Below are positions 17,151 to 25,783 of a DNA stretch of 29,656 bases, one piece after another. The notes below the pieces were generated by a model that searched no databases, was not told the DNA's origin, and saw only the letters and a list, made by a program, of their open reading frames with translations. Source of the DNA: an uncultured bacterium (lineage in GTDB: Bacteria > Hydrogenedentota > Hydrogenedentia > Hydrogenedentales > JAEUWI01); the NCBI GenBank assembly GCA_937895305.1, contig CALAXS010000130.1, forward strand, positions 1-29,656. The letters run 5' to 3'. Each line of letters opens with the position of its first letter. Within the stretch, counting starts at the first letter, position 1. A program made the position numbers and the translations under genes.

Positions 17151-20100
17151 TCAGGGAACAGCATCAACAACGCGTCGTGGCGGGATAGCCTGCTTCAGCA
17201 CAATGGTAGTGCCTTGTATCACAGGCTTCAACACACCCGATTTTTCATTGATGACATACGCTATTTCCGCCCCGTTATTTTCCTGTACATCCACCTGAAT
17301 ACTGTCGGCAGTTGCCAACGCGGCATCCAGACGCCAGGGCAGTTCCAGAACCACTTCTTCCTGAGCCGGTCCACGCTCTAACGCCATACGGATTTGCAAT
17401 AGTCCTGGCTTCATTTCGTCACTTTGCAGTACCACACCCGGCGGGGCATCGCCACCGGGCCAACGCGCTTCATCCCACTGGAAACCGTCTGCAGGTTGAG
17501 CAGCAATAACAAGCACGGCAACGCGAAAATAACTTCCCTCCGAAAAACGAATGGTGCAGCGTATACGCCCCCGGGTAAGCGCCGTATCCGGCTCAACAGC
17601 CTGCCTGGAAACTTTCGTCAAATCTATATACACCGGAGTCCGGGGACCAAAATGAAAGCCCTGGGCCAAGGCACCTTGTATACCCGCCGCATTTTCTACC
17701 CGCACATCCAGCGTCTCATTTTCCAGGTTATGGTGGGGGATGTTTACCCGCGCATAATTTGCACCATCGGTTTCTGAAATCTGTACGGGGTGCTGGCCTA
17801 TCCAGAACCGCGAGCCGGCACTGAGATGGCGGCCATACAAGGTGCAGAGGCCACCGCCTTCCGCTGGTGCATCCGGTGGATCAATATGGGTTATCACCGG
17901 TGCACCCAGTGAAGAATAGGGCACTGCATCTGCGCCGTCCCACACACCATCCCCATCCGAATCCCGGTTACGTGGATCGGTCTCACCTTCATCAAGAACT
18001 CCATTTCGATTCCTGTCTTCCATGCCATCCGGCACACCATCCAGGTCTGTGTCTCCCCGAAGGAAATGGGTTTCCCCGGAATCCACCACAGCATTGTCGT
18101 TCTGGTCCTCTATACTGTCAGCAAGTCCATCGTTATCAAAATCGCTCCGCGTATAACCCAGTGCCATCCAATTCCTGAACAAGGTTTGTACCGCACGCTG
18201 ACGGGTCGTATCGCCAGACTCGATCTTCGTTAACAAAGTACCGTCGCTGAGCAGATGAATCTGTCCATTACCATAGGGTTGCATAATCCAGGCCGCTTCA
18301 TCGTTGACCGTAGCCAACACCACAGCCTCCTCCGCCTGAATACGTCCACCGTTAATGGCTGTACCAGACCAGGCCCGAAGTGCAGACTCCGAATCGGTAA
18401 CCGTCATGGTCCCGGTGAGCGCTTCGTCCATGGGCAGATAAATCCGGGCCGGGGCCAGCCAGTCGTGCAGGGAAAGAATAGCCGTGTCTGCTGCATGGGT
18501 GCCCAAAAATAGCAGGGTGCCCCCACCTGCAACGTAATCGAGAACCTGCGTCGTAGTAAGCACACCCTGATTCGCTGTAGCCCCATCAATCATAACCACG
18601 GTATAAGGCGATAAGGAGCCCGTGAAGGGCCCCCGGTGATGCTCATGGGACAGATAAAGTGGCGGGGCCGCCAATAAGGTTTCCAGCGCACTCCGCTCTG
18701 GAGAAGCCTTGTGCTTTTGCCCGTGCAACCACAGGACCGTCGGCACACTGTTTGCATTGGCTTCCCAGAGTATAGGCACCGTCACCGTTTGTCCTTTTTC
18801 CGGTTGGATGCGAAGCCGGGTCGATTGACCATAGCTATCGGGGTGCCACGCACTGCTCAATCCATAATATACCGGACCAGAACCCACACCCTCCGCAGTG
18901 TAAAAAGTGAATCCGGGTAAGCCCTCCCCGACTTCTTCCACCGTCCAGGACAGGGTGTCATCACTGTGGGTCTCAACCCAGAGTGCACGAACCTCCTGCC
19001 CGGCAGTCTGTCGGCGCAGGGTACTCTTATAGGGAACTTCCAGCCAGGGCGTGGGCTGGGTTGGTTCCAGATCAATGCCATCGTGCAGACCATCGCCATC
19101 GCTATCAGCGTTCATGGGATCCAGACCACGCGCGGTTTCCTCATTATCCAACAGGCCATCCAGATCCATATCATTACGATAATCTTCCACCAATAAAACC
19201 GTTACCACCTGCCCATGCTGAAGCTGAATCTGACGGCTCACTTTTCCATCAGAATCCATACGGTGTATACGACCGCCCGAGGCCAGAATAAACGCGCTTT
19301 CCCCCCAGCCCAGATAACGGATGGGCGCATCCATCTTGATCCGGATATCCCCGCGAGTAAAATTCTTCCACAGTTCAAGCTGGTTGCCCGAGGCCAATGC
19401 TAGGGTTTTGGATGTTTTGGACAGGGCTGCTTCAAAGGCATTGCCATAAAGGGGAACCGAAGCTTCATATACTTTCTTAAGCCCTTCACCTTCATCGGAT
19501 GCCAGTACGGCATGTACAAAACCGGTTTCATTCTCCCGGGTCAACGCCCAACACGTTTGGAAACTTACAGGATGAAGTGCTGGATCATTGAATGTAGCGG
19601 TTCCTGAGATTAAAAGAGGGGCACCTATGGGCGCAAGGGTCTCAAGATCTATGCGGTACAGATAGCTGACCAGTCGACCGGAGGGCATGTCAAAGCTGAA
19701 ACCCGTAGCCAGCAGCCATAATAAAGTGCCCGTTTCGTCCAGTCGCATATTGGCAACCCGGAAGCCCTGGGACCAACGCGACAATACAGGCAGCTTGAGT
19801 TGTTTTACGATGTTCTTCTCGCGAACATCCATACATACAAGCGTTTCCATATCATCCTGCTCACAAAGAAGAAGTGCCTGCGGTGTCGTCCCAAAGGAAA
19901 AGCCGTGTAGAACATACCCCGGTATGACTTGTGAGTGAAGCTCAGCACCAAGACCGTTCTCCGTGGACCAGGGTGCCTGATGCAGGGTTGAACGTTTTTG
20001 CACCAAATCGTTTTGGTAATAGAGCAAAGATGCCGTTGCATCGCCCTGCTTGAAGACTTTACCCAGCACCGTCATTCCACTGTGCCAGTGCACACTCTCG

Positions 20101-20438
20101 GGCGGGATACGCATGGGCACCAGTTCTACACCCGATGTGGCGACCTGCTCAGCGTCCCGTGTAACCAGAATGGGGCCCTTTTGCCCGGGCATAAGCATGG
20201 GAGGCTGAACCAATGTCGTGCCGGGCAAGGGAAAGGTGCCCGACAAAACACGTTGCGTTTCCAGGTCAACACTATGGGCAAAAAGTTGGGCTGGCTTGCC
20301 CGTAGTGGACAGGGCGTTGGTGATCACAAGGGCGCGCTGCCCCCAGGCCATAGCAGGCAGGAAGCAAAGGAATCCAATTGCAATGTTGACATACACATTT
20401 CGTAACACGATAAAACCACTCCGGGTAGAACCCTTCAA
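17151..20438 (-). CDS. Large exported multidomain surface protein (propeller-like region, DxDxDG Ca-binding repeats, GATase-like module, IPT/TIG)
   Basis: Signal peptide ..FLCFLPAMAWG; DMDLDGLLD..DSDGDGLHDG and DFDNDGLAD..DTDLDGVPDG..DSDGDGVWDG repeats; LDYVAGGGTLLFLG/PYGNGQIHLLSD module; PVITHIDPPDAPAEGGGLCTLYG (IPT/TIG). Start codon uncertain. Confidence 0.75.
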   Translation of the reverse strand: MKGSTRSGFIVLRNVYVNIAIGFLCFLPAMAWGQRALVITNALSTTGKPAQLFAHSVDLETQRVLSGTFPLPGTTLVQPPMLMPGQKGPILVTRDAEQVATSGVELVPMRIPPESVHWHSGMTVLGKVFKQGDATASLLYYQNDLVQKRSTLHQAPWSTENGLGAELHSQVIPGYVLHGFSFGTTPQALLLCEQDDMETLVCMDVREKNIVKQLKLPVLSRWSQGFRVANMRLDETGTLLWLLATGFSFDMPSGRLVSYLYRIDLETLAPIGAPLLISGTATFNDPALHPVSFQTCWALTRENETGFVHAVLASDEGEGLKKVYEASVPLYGNAFEAALSKTSKTLALASGNQLELWKNFTRGDIRIKMDAPIRYLGWGESAFILASGGRIHRMDSDGKVSRQIQLQHGQVVTVLLVEDYRNDMDLDGLLDNEETARGLDPMNADSDGDGLHDGIDLEPTQPTPWLEVPYKSTLRRQTAGQEVRALWVETHSDDTLSWTVEEVGEGLPGFTFYTAEGVGSGPVYYGLSSAWHPDSYGQSTRLRIQPEKGQTVTVPILWEANANSVPTVLWLHGQKHKASPERSALETLLAAPPLYLSHEHHRGPFTGSLSPYTVVMIDGATANQGVLTTTQVLDYVAGGGTLLFLGTHAADTAILSLHDWLAPARIYLPMDEALTGTMTVTDSESALRAWSGTAINGGRIQAEEAVVLATVNDEAAWIMQPYGNGQIHLLSDGTLLTKIESGDTTRQRAVQTLFRNWMALGYTRSDFDNDGLADSIEDQNDNAVVDSGETHFLRGDTDLDGVPDGMEDRNRNGVLDEGETDPRNRDSDGDGVWDGADAVPYSSLGAPVITHIDPPDAPAEGGGLCTLYGRHLSAGSRFWIGQHPVQISETDGANYARVNIPHHNLENETLDVRVENAAGIQGALAQGFHFGPRTPVYIDLTKVSRQAVEPDTALTRGRIRCTIRFSEGSYFRVAVLVIAAQPADGFQWDEARWPGGDAPPGVVLQSDEMKPGLLQIRMALERGPAQEEVVLELPWRLDAALATADSIQVDVQENNGAEIAYVINEKSGVLKPVIQGTTIVLKQAIPPRRVVDAVP

Positions 20439-20567
20439 AGTCTACGCGGAACGCCAGCGCAGGGCAAACCAGTAGCACAGGTTTGTACTATGGTGAAAAT
20501 TATATCAAGAAAGTACTCTTCAGCATTTATATTTCCCCATGGTTTAATATCAATTCCTTAACCGTGA

Positions 20568-21098
20568 ATGAAGGTGCAGAATGGCGGGGGCCTTGCTACA
20601 ATGACGCCCATGGAACGTGCCAATTTCAGCTATGACCACCCGAAAGGGTCCATCTATGGGTGTCTGGGTCCCCAGGGACTTGCGGCCCTTACCCTGCCCC
20701 ATGCTAACCGTACCAAGCCAACGCTGGTGATGGATGAGTTCCATCCTGACGCAGTGACCCTTGAAACTGCATTGAATCAATACTTTTCAGGAAGCCGGGA
20801 AGCCTTTATGAATATCCCGCTGGACCTGTCCGCAGGCACTGCCTTTCAGCAATCCGTTTGGCAAGAAGCCTGCAAGGTTGCTTGGGGTGACACCCGAAGC
20901 TATGGTGCATTGACAGCAAGCCTGGGGAAGAAACCGGGTACCGCACGCGCGGTGGGTGCGGCATTGGGCGCAAACCCCATTGCCATCCTCGTACCGTGTC
21001 ACCGCTTCATCGCACAGGATGGTGGACTGGTAAACTTCGCCGCGGGCCTCGCCTGGAAACAGGATCTGCTACAGTTGGAGGGTAGTATTTTATGCTGA
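20568..21098 (+). CDS. ogt: Methylated-DNA--protein-cysteine S-methyltransferase
   Basis: GTAFQQSVW..WGDTRSYG..ARAVGAALGANPIAILVPCHR (PCHR active site)..K..LLQLE. Confidence 0.95.
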   Translation: MKVQNGGGLATMTPMERANFSYDHPKGSIYGCLGPQGLAALTLPHANRTKPTLVMDEFHPDAVTLETALNQYFSGSREAFMNIPLDLSAGTAFQQSVWQEACKVAWGDTRSYGALTASLGKKPGTARAVGAALGANPIAILVPCHRFIAQDGGLVNFAAGLAWKQDLLQLEGSILC

Positions 21099-22189
21099 CA
21101 CAGCAAAGCCGCATACATGCATTCGTATTTCTGCTGCTCCTGACACTGGCGGCTCCCGTTGTTAGCGACACGGTACCCTGTAGCACCCTGCGGGATCGCA
21201 TCATTGTCCCCTTGCGCCTGAATCATCTGGGCCCCTATTACTTTGTGCTGGACGCAGGTATTGATACCCCCGTACTCAACGCCATGTTTGTGGACAGTTT
21301 ATCCTTCGCGACGAAGACCGAAGGAAATTTGCGGTATATGGAAGGCCCTCACTTCCTGGCCCACGACACGCTCCACTTCGAATTTAATCATCTGGGTGTC
21401 CTGGACCTCTCACGACTGGATGCAACACTGGGGCAGAAGGTAGCAGGTCTCTTCCCGCTGTACCAGCCCGGTTATGAAGTGACTGTCGATGTAGCCTCGC
21501 AACAAATACACTGGGTGCCATTGGGCAAAGATACCTTGCAACCGGATAGTCCGGGCGTAGTGCCTATACGGGTGGACAAAAACAAAACCGCTACGGTCGA
21601 TGTGGTATTGGCAACAGATTTTACACGGCCCTGCATCCTGGACCTCCACTTGTCGGAATCCGCCAGCCTACACCAGGCCACCCTGTTAAAACTGAACCTT
21701 GAAAAAAGTCCAAATTCCACCCAATTACCCAACGGCGACACCATTAAAACCATCGCGGTGCCCGAGTTGAAAATTGATTCCATGGTTCTGGCCCCCGCAT
21801 GGTGCCGCATCGTCCCGGATACCGCCAAAGAACGATTGGGTATGGCCTTTCTCAAGCGATGTGCCTTCACTTTAAACTATGAGGCGGGGCTGGCACGCTT
21901 TGCCCCGCTCGCAGGGCACGCGGAAGTCGGTGCTGCACCCTCCGCCCATGGCATTGCCTTGAGTACCTATACCCGTCCCTATTGGTCTTTGGCCCTCCTC
22001 CAGGAATCACCTGCAGCAAAGGCCGGGGTGCTGCCCGGAGACCAATTGATGGAGGTGCAGGGTATGTCCATGTCAGGTGCTTCGTACAAACAGGTAGCCT
22101 ATGCCCTGCAACAACCCTACACAGATGCCCTCCAGTTGCAGTTACGCCGTGATGGCGAGACCCTTGGCATCCAGATTCCCCCCGGGTAA
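21092..22189 (+). CDS. Exported double retropepsin-like (aspartyl protease fold) plus PDZ protein with degenerate active-site motifs
   Basis: Signal peptide, IIVPLRLNHLGPYYFVLDAGID (DTG to DAG), second lobe CILDLHL, LGMAFLKR, and a C-terminal PDZ (SPAAKAGVLPGDQLMEVQG..LQLRRDG). The start overlaps the ogt stop. Confidence 0.75.
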   Translation: MLTQQSRIHAFVFLLLLTLAAPVVSDTVPCSTLRDRIIVPLRLNHLGPYYFVLDAGIDTPVLNAMFVDSLSFATKTEGNLRYMEGPHFLAHDTLHFEFNHLGVLDLSRLDATLGQKVAGLFPLYQPGYEVTVDVASQQIHWVPLGKDTLQPDSPGVVPIRVDKNKTATVDVVLATDFTRPCILDLHLSESASLHQATLLKLNLEKSPNSTQLPNGDTIKTIAVPELKIDSMVLAPAWCRIVPDTAKERLGMAFLKRCAFTLNYEAGLARFAPLAGHAEVGAAPSAHGIALSTYTRPYWSLALLQESPAAKAGVLPGDQLMEVQGMSMSGASYKQVAYALQQPYTDALQLQLRRDGETLGIQIPPG

Positions 22190-22305
22190 GACAGGCCTCA
22201 GATGATTTGGGGCAGGACAGGGCTTTCGGGTATACTTGCCCACTGTCTATGTGCAGTGCTGGACACACAGTACGCGCTTTCGATTGAACACTTGGAGCAT
22301 GGTTA

Positions 22306-24021
22306 ATGTCAATCCGTTTCGTAAATGCAATTCTTTTCTCCATTCTGGTCTTTTCCGTTGTACTCACACCCCAGTCCCCCGCCCAGGCCAAGGAGGATTT
22401 ATTGCCCTGGACACTACGTACCCATTACTCCTTCAGTCGGGACACCATGACTTTAAGCCTCGACGAGGAGCGTGCCATGTGGCAGCTCAAGGTGGGTGAC
22501 GAACAGATTCTGGCCGATGATCTGGCCTTCGCCATCATCCTGGCAGACGATACCGAACTGCGGTGCCATGATCTTGGATTGGCAAAGACGACGCGTTCCC
22601 TCCATCAGGAAGGGCCACTTGGACCCTACGCCAAATACGAAATCCTGTTCCCCGTTAAAGACGGAATGGAAGTGCGCTATGAGATGACCCTGGCCAAAGA
22701 ACGGCCCGTATCCTTTTCCACCCTTCATGTGAAAAATGTAGGGGCTGCGCCCATTGACATTAAGACCTTGCGCATACTGGAAGCCCCGGCTGGAAGTATC
22801 CATTCCCTGAGTCCGGGAACCTTGTGCATTCAAAGGCACGGCAAAATTACGGGGGGTTCCCCTGTGGTGGATACCCAGGGCGAAGCCATTGCCATGCAAT
22901 ACCACGACCCCACAAGCAACGCCAGCTGGCTCGTAGGCCTTTCCCCCAGAGGACAGGGACGAAGCACCATGCGCTTTGATGCCTTTGGTGAAGGCTGGCA
23001 AGGCCAGGTGGAATCCCAGTTCCAACCCGCAGCACAGTTACAGCCGGGGGAGACCCTGCAATCCGCAGAAATGATCGGCGTCTTCGGACAACAACCCATC
23101 GCTAACCTGGACATGTACTATTCCTGGGCATACAGCACCCTCGAACGTTCGCTCAAGGCTACCCGACCTATTGAAGCATGGGTCACCGTTAGCGATCAGG
23201 GCAGCTTTAACGAATTGCTGGACATGACCGAGCACTGGAAAAGCGCCCGGATAGACCATGCGCTAATTCCAATGGGATGGGAATTACCACCGGGAAGTCA
23301 GCAGGGTGGAGACCGCTTTCCCCGTTCTATCGCCAATGCAGCCAGCGAGCTACAAAAACGAAAATACAAAGCCGGGATCAGTTTTGATCCACTGGCAATG
23401 AAAAAAGGGGACGGTGACTGGATTGGTAAATCCGCTGATGGGCAAATCTGGGCGAATCCTGCCCGTGCGCTGGGTAAAGCAGCAGTTCAGGAACGTGCCC
23501 TGTGGTTGAAAAAATCAGGCTTCTCGTTCCTCGTGCCAGCATCCTCGGGTATTCCTGAAGAGGTGTTACAACAATTCGGCTTGTCCCGGGGCCAGGCCAA
23601 TCGATTGGCATTGGAAGCCATCGGTGAGGCATTGCCCGATACAAGCCTCTACCCGCCATCGTCCATCACCAAGGGCATCGCGGGCAGAGACTCCTGGTTA
23701 CGTGCCTCGGCTTCGGTAGCGAGACTGGCAAAATATGGTGTCGCCGTAGGCCCCCTGCAACTGGACACGACCAGTATGGATAATTTGGGCAAAGAGAATC
23801 TGGATGCCTTGCGCCTTTGGCCCGGTCCTCTGGAAATAACGGGCAAGGCCAAGAACAGCGATCGTAAAGCCATCGGCGAAACCATTGGTACCAAGAAACT
23901 TTCGGGTTCACCTATGGATCTGGAAAGTCTTGTGCCCCTTCACTGGGAAGCCAAAGCCCATCGCGAGGGCAGTGCAGATGAAGTGATTCGCTTCAATAAG
24001 TCTGCAGTGACCACGCCCTGA
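22306..24021 (+). CDS. Exported GH36/alpha-galactosidase-like protein, probably non-catalytic
   Basis: Signal peptide and N-terminal beta-sandwich. TIM-barrel-like segments HALIPMGWE, RFPRSI..SELQKRKYKAGISFDP and GFSFLV align by eye to the GH36 segments IDDGW, KFP.G...GIW.AP and GF.Y.K.D, with the acidic residues lost. Confidence 0.55.
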   Translation: MSIRFVNAILFSILVFSVVLTPQSPAQAKEDLLPWTLRTHYSFSRDTMTLSLDEERAMWQLKVGDEQILADDLAFAIILADDTELRCHDLGLAKTTRSLHQEGPLGPYAKYEILFPVKDGMEVRYEMTLAKERPVSFSTLHVKNVGAAPIDIKTLRILEAPAGSIHSLSPGTLCIQRHGKITGGSPVVDTQGEAIAMQYHDPTSNASWLVGLSPRGQGRSTMRFDAFGEGWQGQVESQFQPAAQLQPGETLQSAEMIGVFGQQPIANLDMYYSWAYSTLERSLKATRPIEAWVTVSDQGSFNELLDMTEHWKSARIDHALIPMGWELPPGSQQGGDRFPRSIANAASELQKRKYKAGISFDPLAMKKGDGDWIGKSADGQIWANPARALGKAAVQERALWLKKSGFSFLVPASSGIPEEVLQQFGLSRGQANRLALEAIGEALPDTSLYPPSSITKGIAGRDSWLRASASVARLAKYGVAVGPLQLDTTSMDNLGKENLDALRLWPGPLEITGKAKNSDRKAIGETIGTKKLSGSPMDLESLVPLHWEAKAHREGSADEVIRFNKSAVTTP

Positions 24022-24028
24022 CGCAAAC

Positions 24029-24916
24029 ATGAGTAGCGTCGTAACGCAACACTGGTTTTCCTATGGCAAGATAAACTGGTATCTTGATGTGTTGGATAAA
24101 CGGGCCGATGGCTTCACCAATATCGAAACCGTTTTCCAATCAGTGAGTCTACACGACACCCTGGCCGTCACACCCCATGAGGCTACGCTGTTGCTCACCT
24201 GTTCGGACGACACCCTGGAAGTGGATGAATCCAATCTGGTGATGCGGGCCGCACGACTATTGCAGACCCACTGCAACTGCACCCAGGGCGCGACCCTCCA
24301 TCTGGAAAAGCGCATTCCCATCGCGGCAGGACTGGCGGGGGGTTCGGGCAATGCTGCTGCGACATTGGTAGCGCTGAACGAAGTGTGGCACTGTGACCTG
24401 GAGCTGAATTCCTTGATGGCGTTGGGGGCACAACTCGGCTCGGACGTGCCCTTTTGTATGATGGGCGGTACTGCGGCAGCCAGTGGACGCGGTGAAATAC
24501 TCACGCCGTTAGACCCGGTTACACCACAATGGCTGGTGCTGGCGAATCCCGGTATCCCGTTGACCGCTCGTGAGGTCTATACCCACCCCGCACTCACGCG
24601 CAATACTGCATCTTTTACAGGCCCTCACTCCCCCGGCTTTGATGCTGCACTGGAGTCACTAAATAACATCGGTCCCTCCGCCATGCTTTTCAACCGTATG
24701 GAAGGTCCAGTATTTTCATCGTTTCCAGCCATCGAAAAAGTGCGGGACGACTTGCTGACCGCCGGGTGCAGCCATGCCCTCATGAGCGGTAGCGGGTCCA
24801 CGTGCTTCGGGTTGTGTGCAAATGAAGATCAGGCCAATGCAGTCGCAGCACAACTGCATCACTACCGCTGCTTCACAGCACACACCGTCAATCAGGGCGT
24901 TTCAAAAGCCCCGTGA
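24029..24916 (+). CDS. ispE: 4-diphosphocytidyl-2-C-methyl-D-erythritol kinase
   Basis: GKINWYLDVL.KRADGF..IETVFQSV, NLVMRAA, LEKRIPIAAGLAGGSGNAAA, LGSDVPF, LMSGSGSTCFG. Confidence 0.96.
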   Translation: MSSVVTQHWFSYGKINWYLDVLDKRADGFTNIETVFQSVSLHDTLAVTPHEATLLLTCSDDTLEVDESNLVMRAARLLQTHCNCTQGATLHLEKRIPIAAGLAGGSGNAAATLVALNEVWHCDLELNSLMALGAQLGSDVPFCMMGGTAAASGRGEILTPLDPVTPQWLVLANPGIPLTAREVYTHPALTRNTASFTGPHSPGFDAALESLNNIGPSAMLFNRMEGPVFSSFPAIEKVRDDLLTAGCSHALMSGSGSTCFGLCANEDQANAVAAQLHHYRCFTAHTVNQGVSKAP

Positions 24917-25659
24917 CGTCCTTTACCATCGGCAAAACGCTGCGCCCCCGATAGACTCTCCCCGGCCAGGGAGGCCATGCCACGTTGCGCTTCGTTGCGC
25001 AGGGCATCGTCCAGGCTATAATCGAATTGTTCAATCGCCGAAAGTCGGTCGTTACGCATGCAGACCTGCGGAAACTGCGTAAGAGACAACGCCAGTGCTT
25101 CGGCCGCTGCGCGACTTTCCCCCTTGGGCACCACACGATTCACCAGGCCCCAGGCGAGAGCTTCGTCGGCGTGAACACCACGGCCTGTGAGCACCATATC
25201 CATGGCATGGCCCAGCCCGATGAGGCGGGGAAGGCGCACCGTGCCCCCATCAATGAGTGGCACGCCCCAGCGCCTACAGAAAACGCCAAGCACCGCATCT
25301 TCTTCGGCAACGCGCATATCACACCACAGGGCCAATTCCAGTCCACCTGCAACAGCGTGTCCGGCGATAGCGGCAATGACAGGCTTGGACAAAGTCCGAC
25401 GAGTGGGGCCGAGGGGACCATCGCCTTCCACATCAATCTCGTTGAGATCCCCCTCTGCAATGGCCTTGAGATCTGCACCAGCACAAAAGCTACCGTGGTC
25501 CCCATAGAGCACAGCGACCTGCGCATCCCCATCCGCCTCGAATGCCTCAAAGGCAGCGACCAGGGCCAAGGCGGTCTCGCGGTCCACCGCGTTGCGCACC
25601 TCGGGCCGATTTAAAACCACTGTGGTTACTGGGCCGTTCTTTTCAATCTGAACCGTCAT
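24892..25659 (-). CDS. Crotonase/enoyl-CoA hydratase family protein
   Basis: LNRPEVRNAV, FCAGADLK, KPVIAAIAGHAVAGGLELALWCDMR, GVPLIDGGTVRLPRLIG. RBS GGAG before ATG 25659. Confidence 0.93.
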   Translation of the reverse strand: MTVQIEKNGPVTTVVLNRPEVRNAVDRETALALVAAFEAFEADGDAQVAVLYGDHGSFCAGADLKAIAEGDLNEIDVEGDGPLGPTRRTLSKPVIAAIAGHAVAGGLELALWCDMRVAEEDAVLGVFCRRWGVPLIDGGTVRLPRLIGLGHAMDMVLTGRGVHADEALAWGLVNRVVPKGESRAAAEALALSLTQFPQVCMRNDRLSAIEQFDYSLDDALRNEAQRGMASLAGESLSGAQRFADGKGRHGAFETP

Positions 25660-25783
25660 AAGGACATCTCCCACCTTTGCCAATCATCCGCAGTGTACGC
25701 CACTGTAACCGCCTGAACCAATTCAATAGCGTTTCCCCCTGTGGGTCTGGTTTGTTATGATACACGGAAGCTTTTTTACGCTA

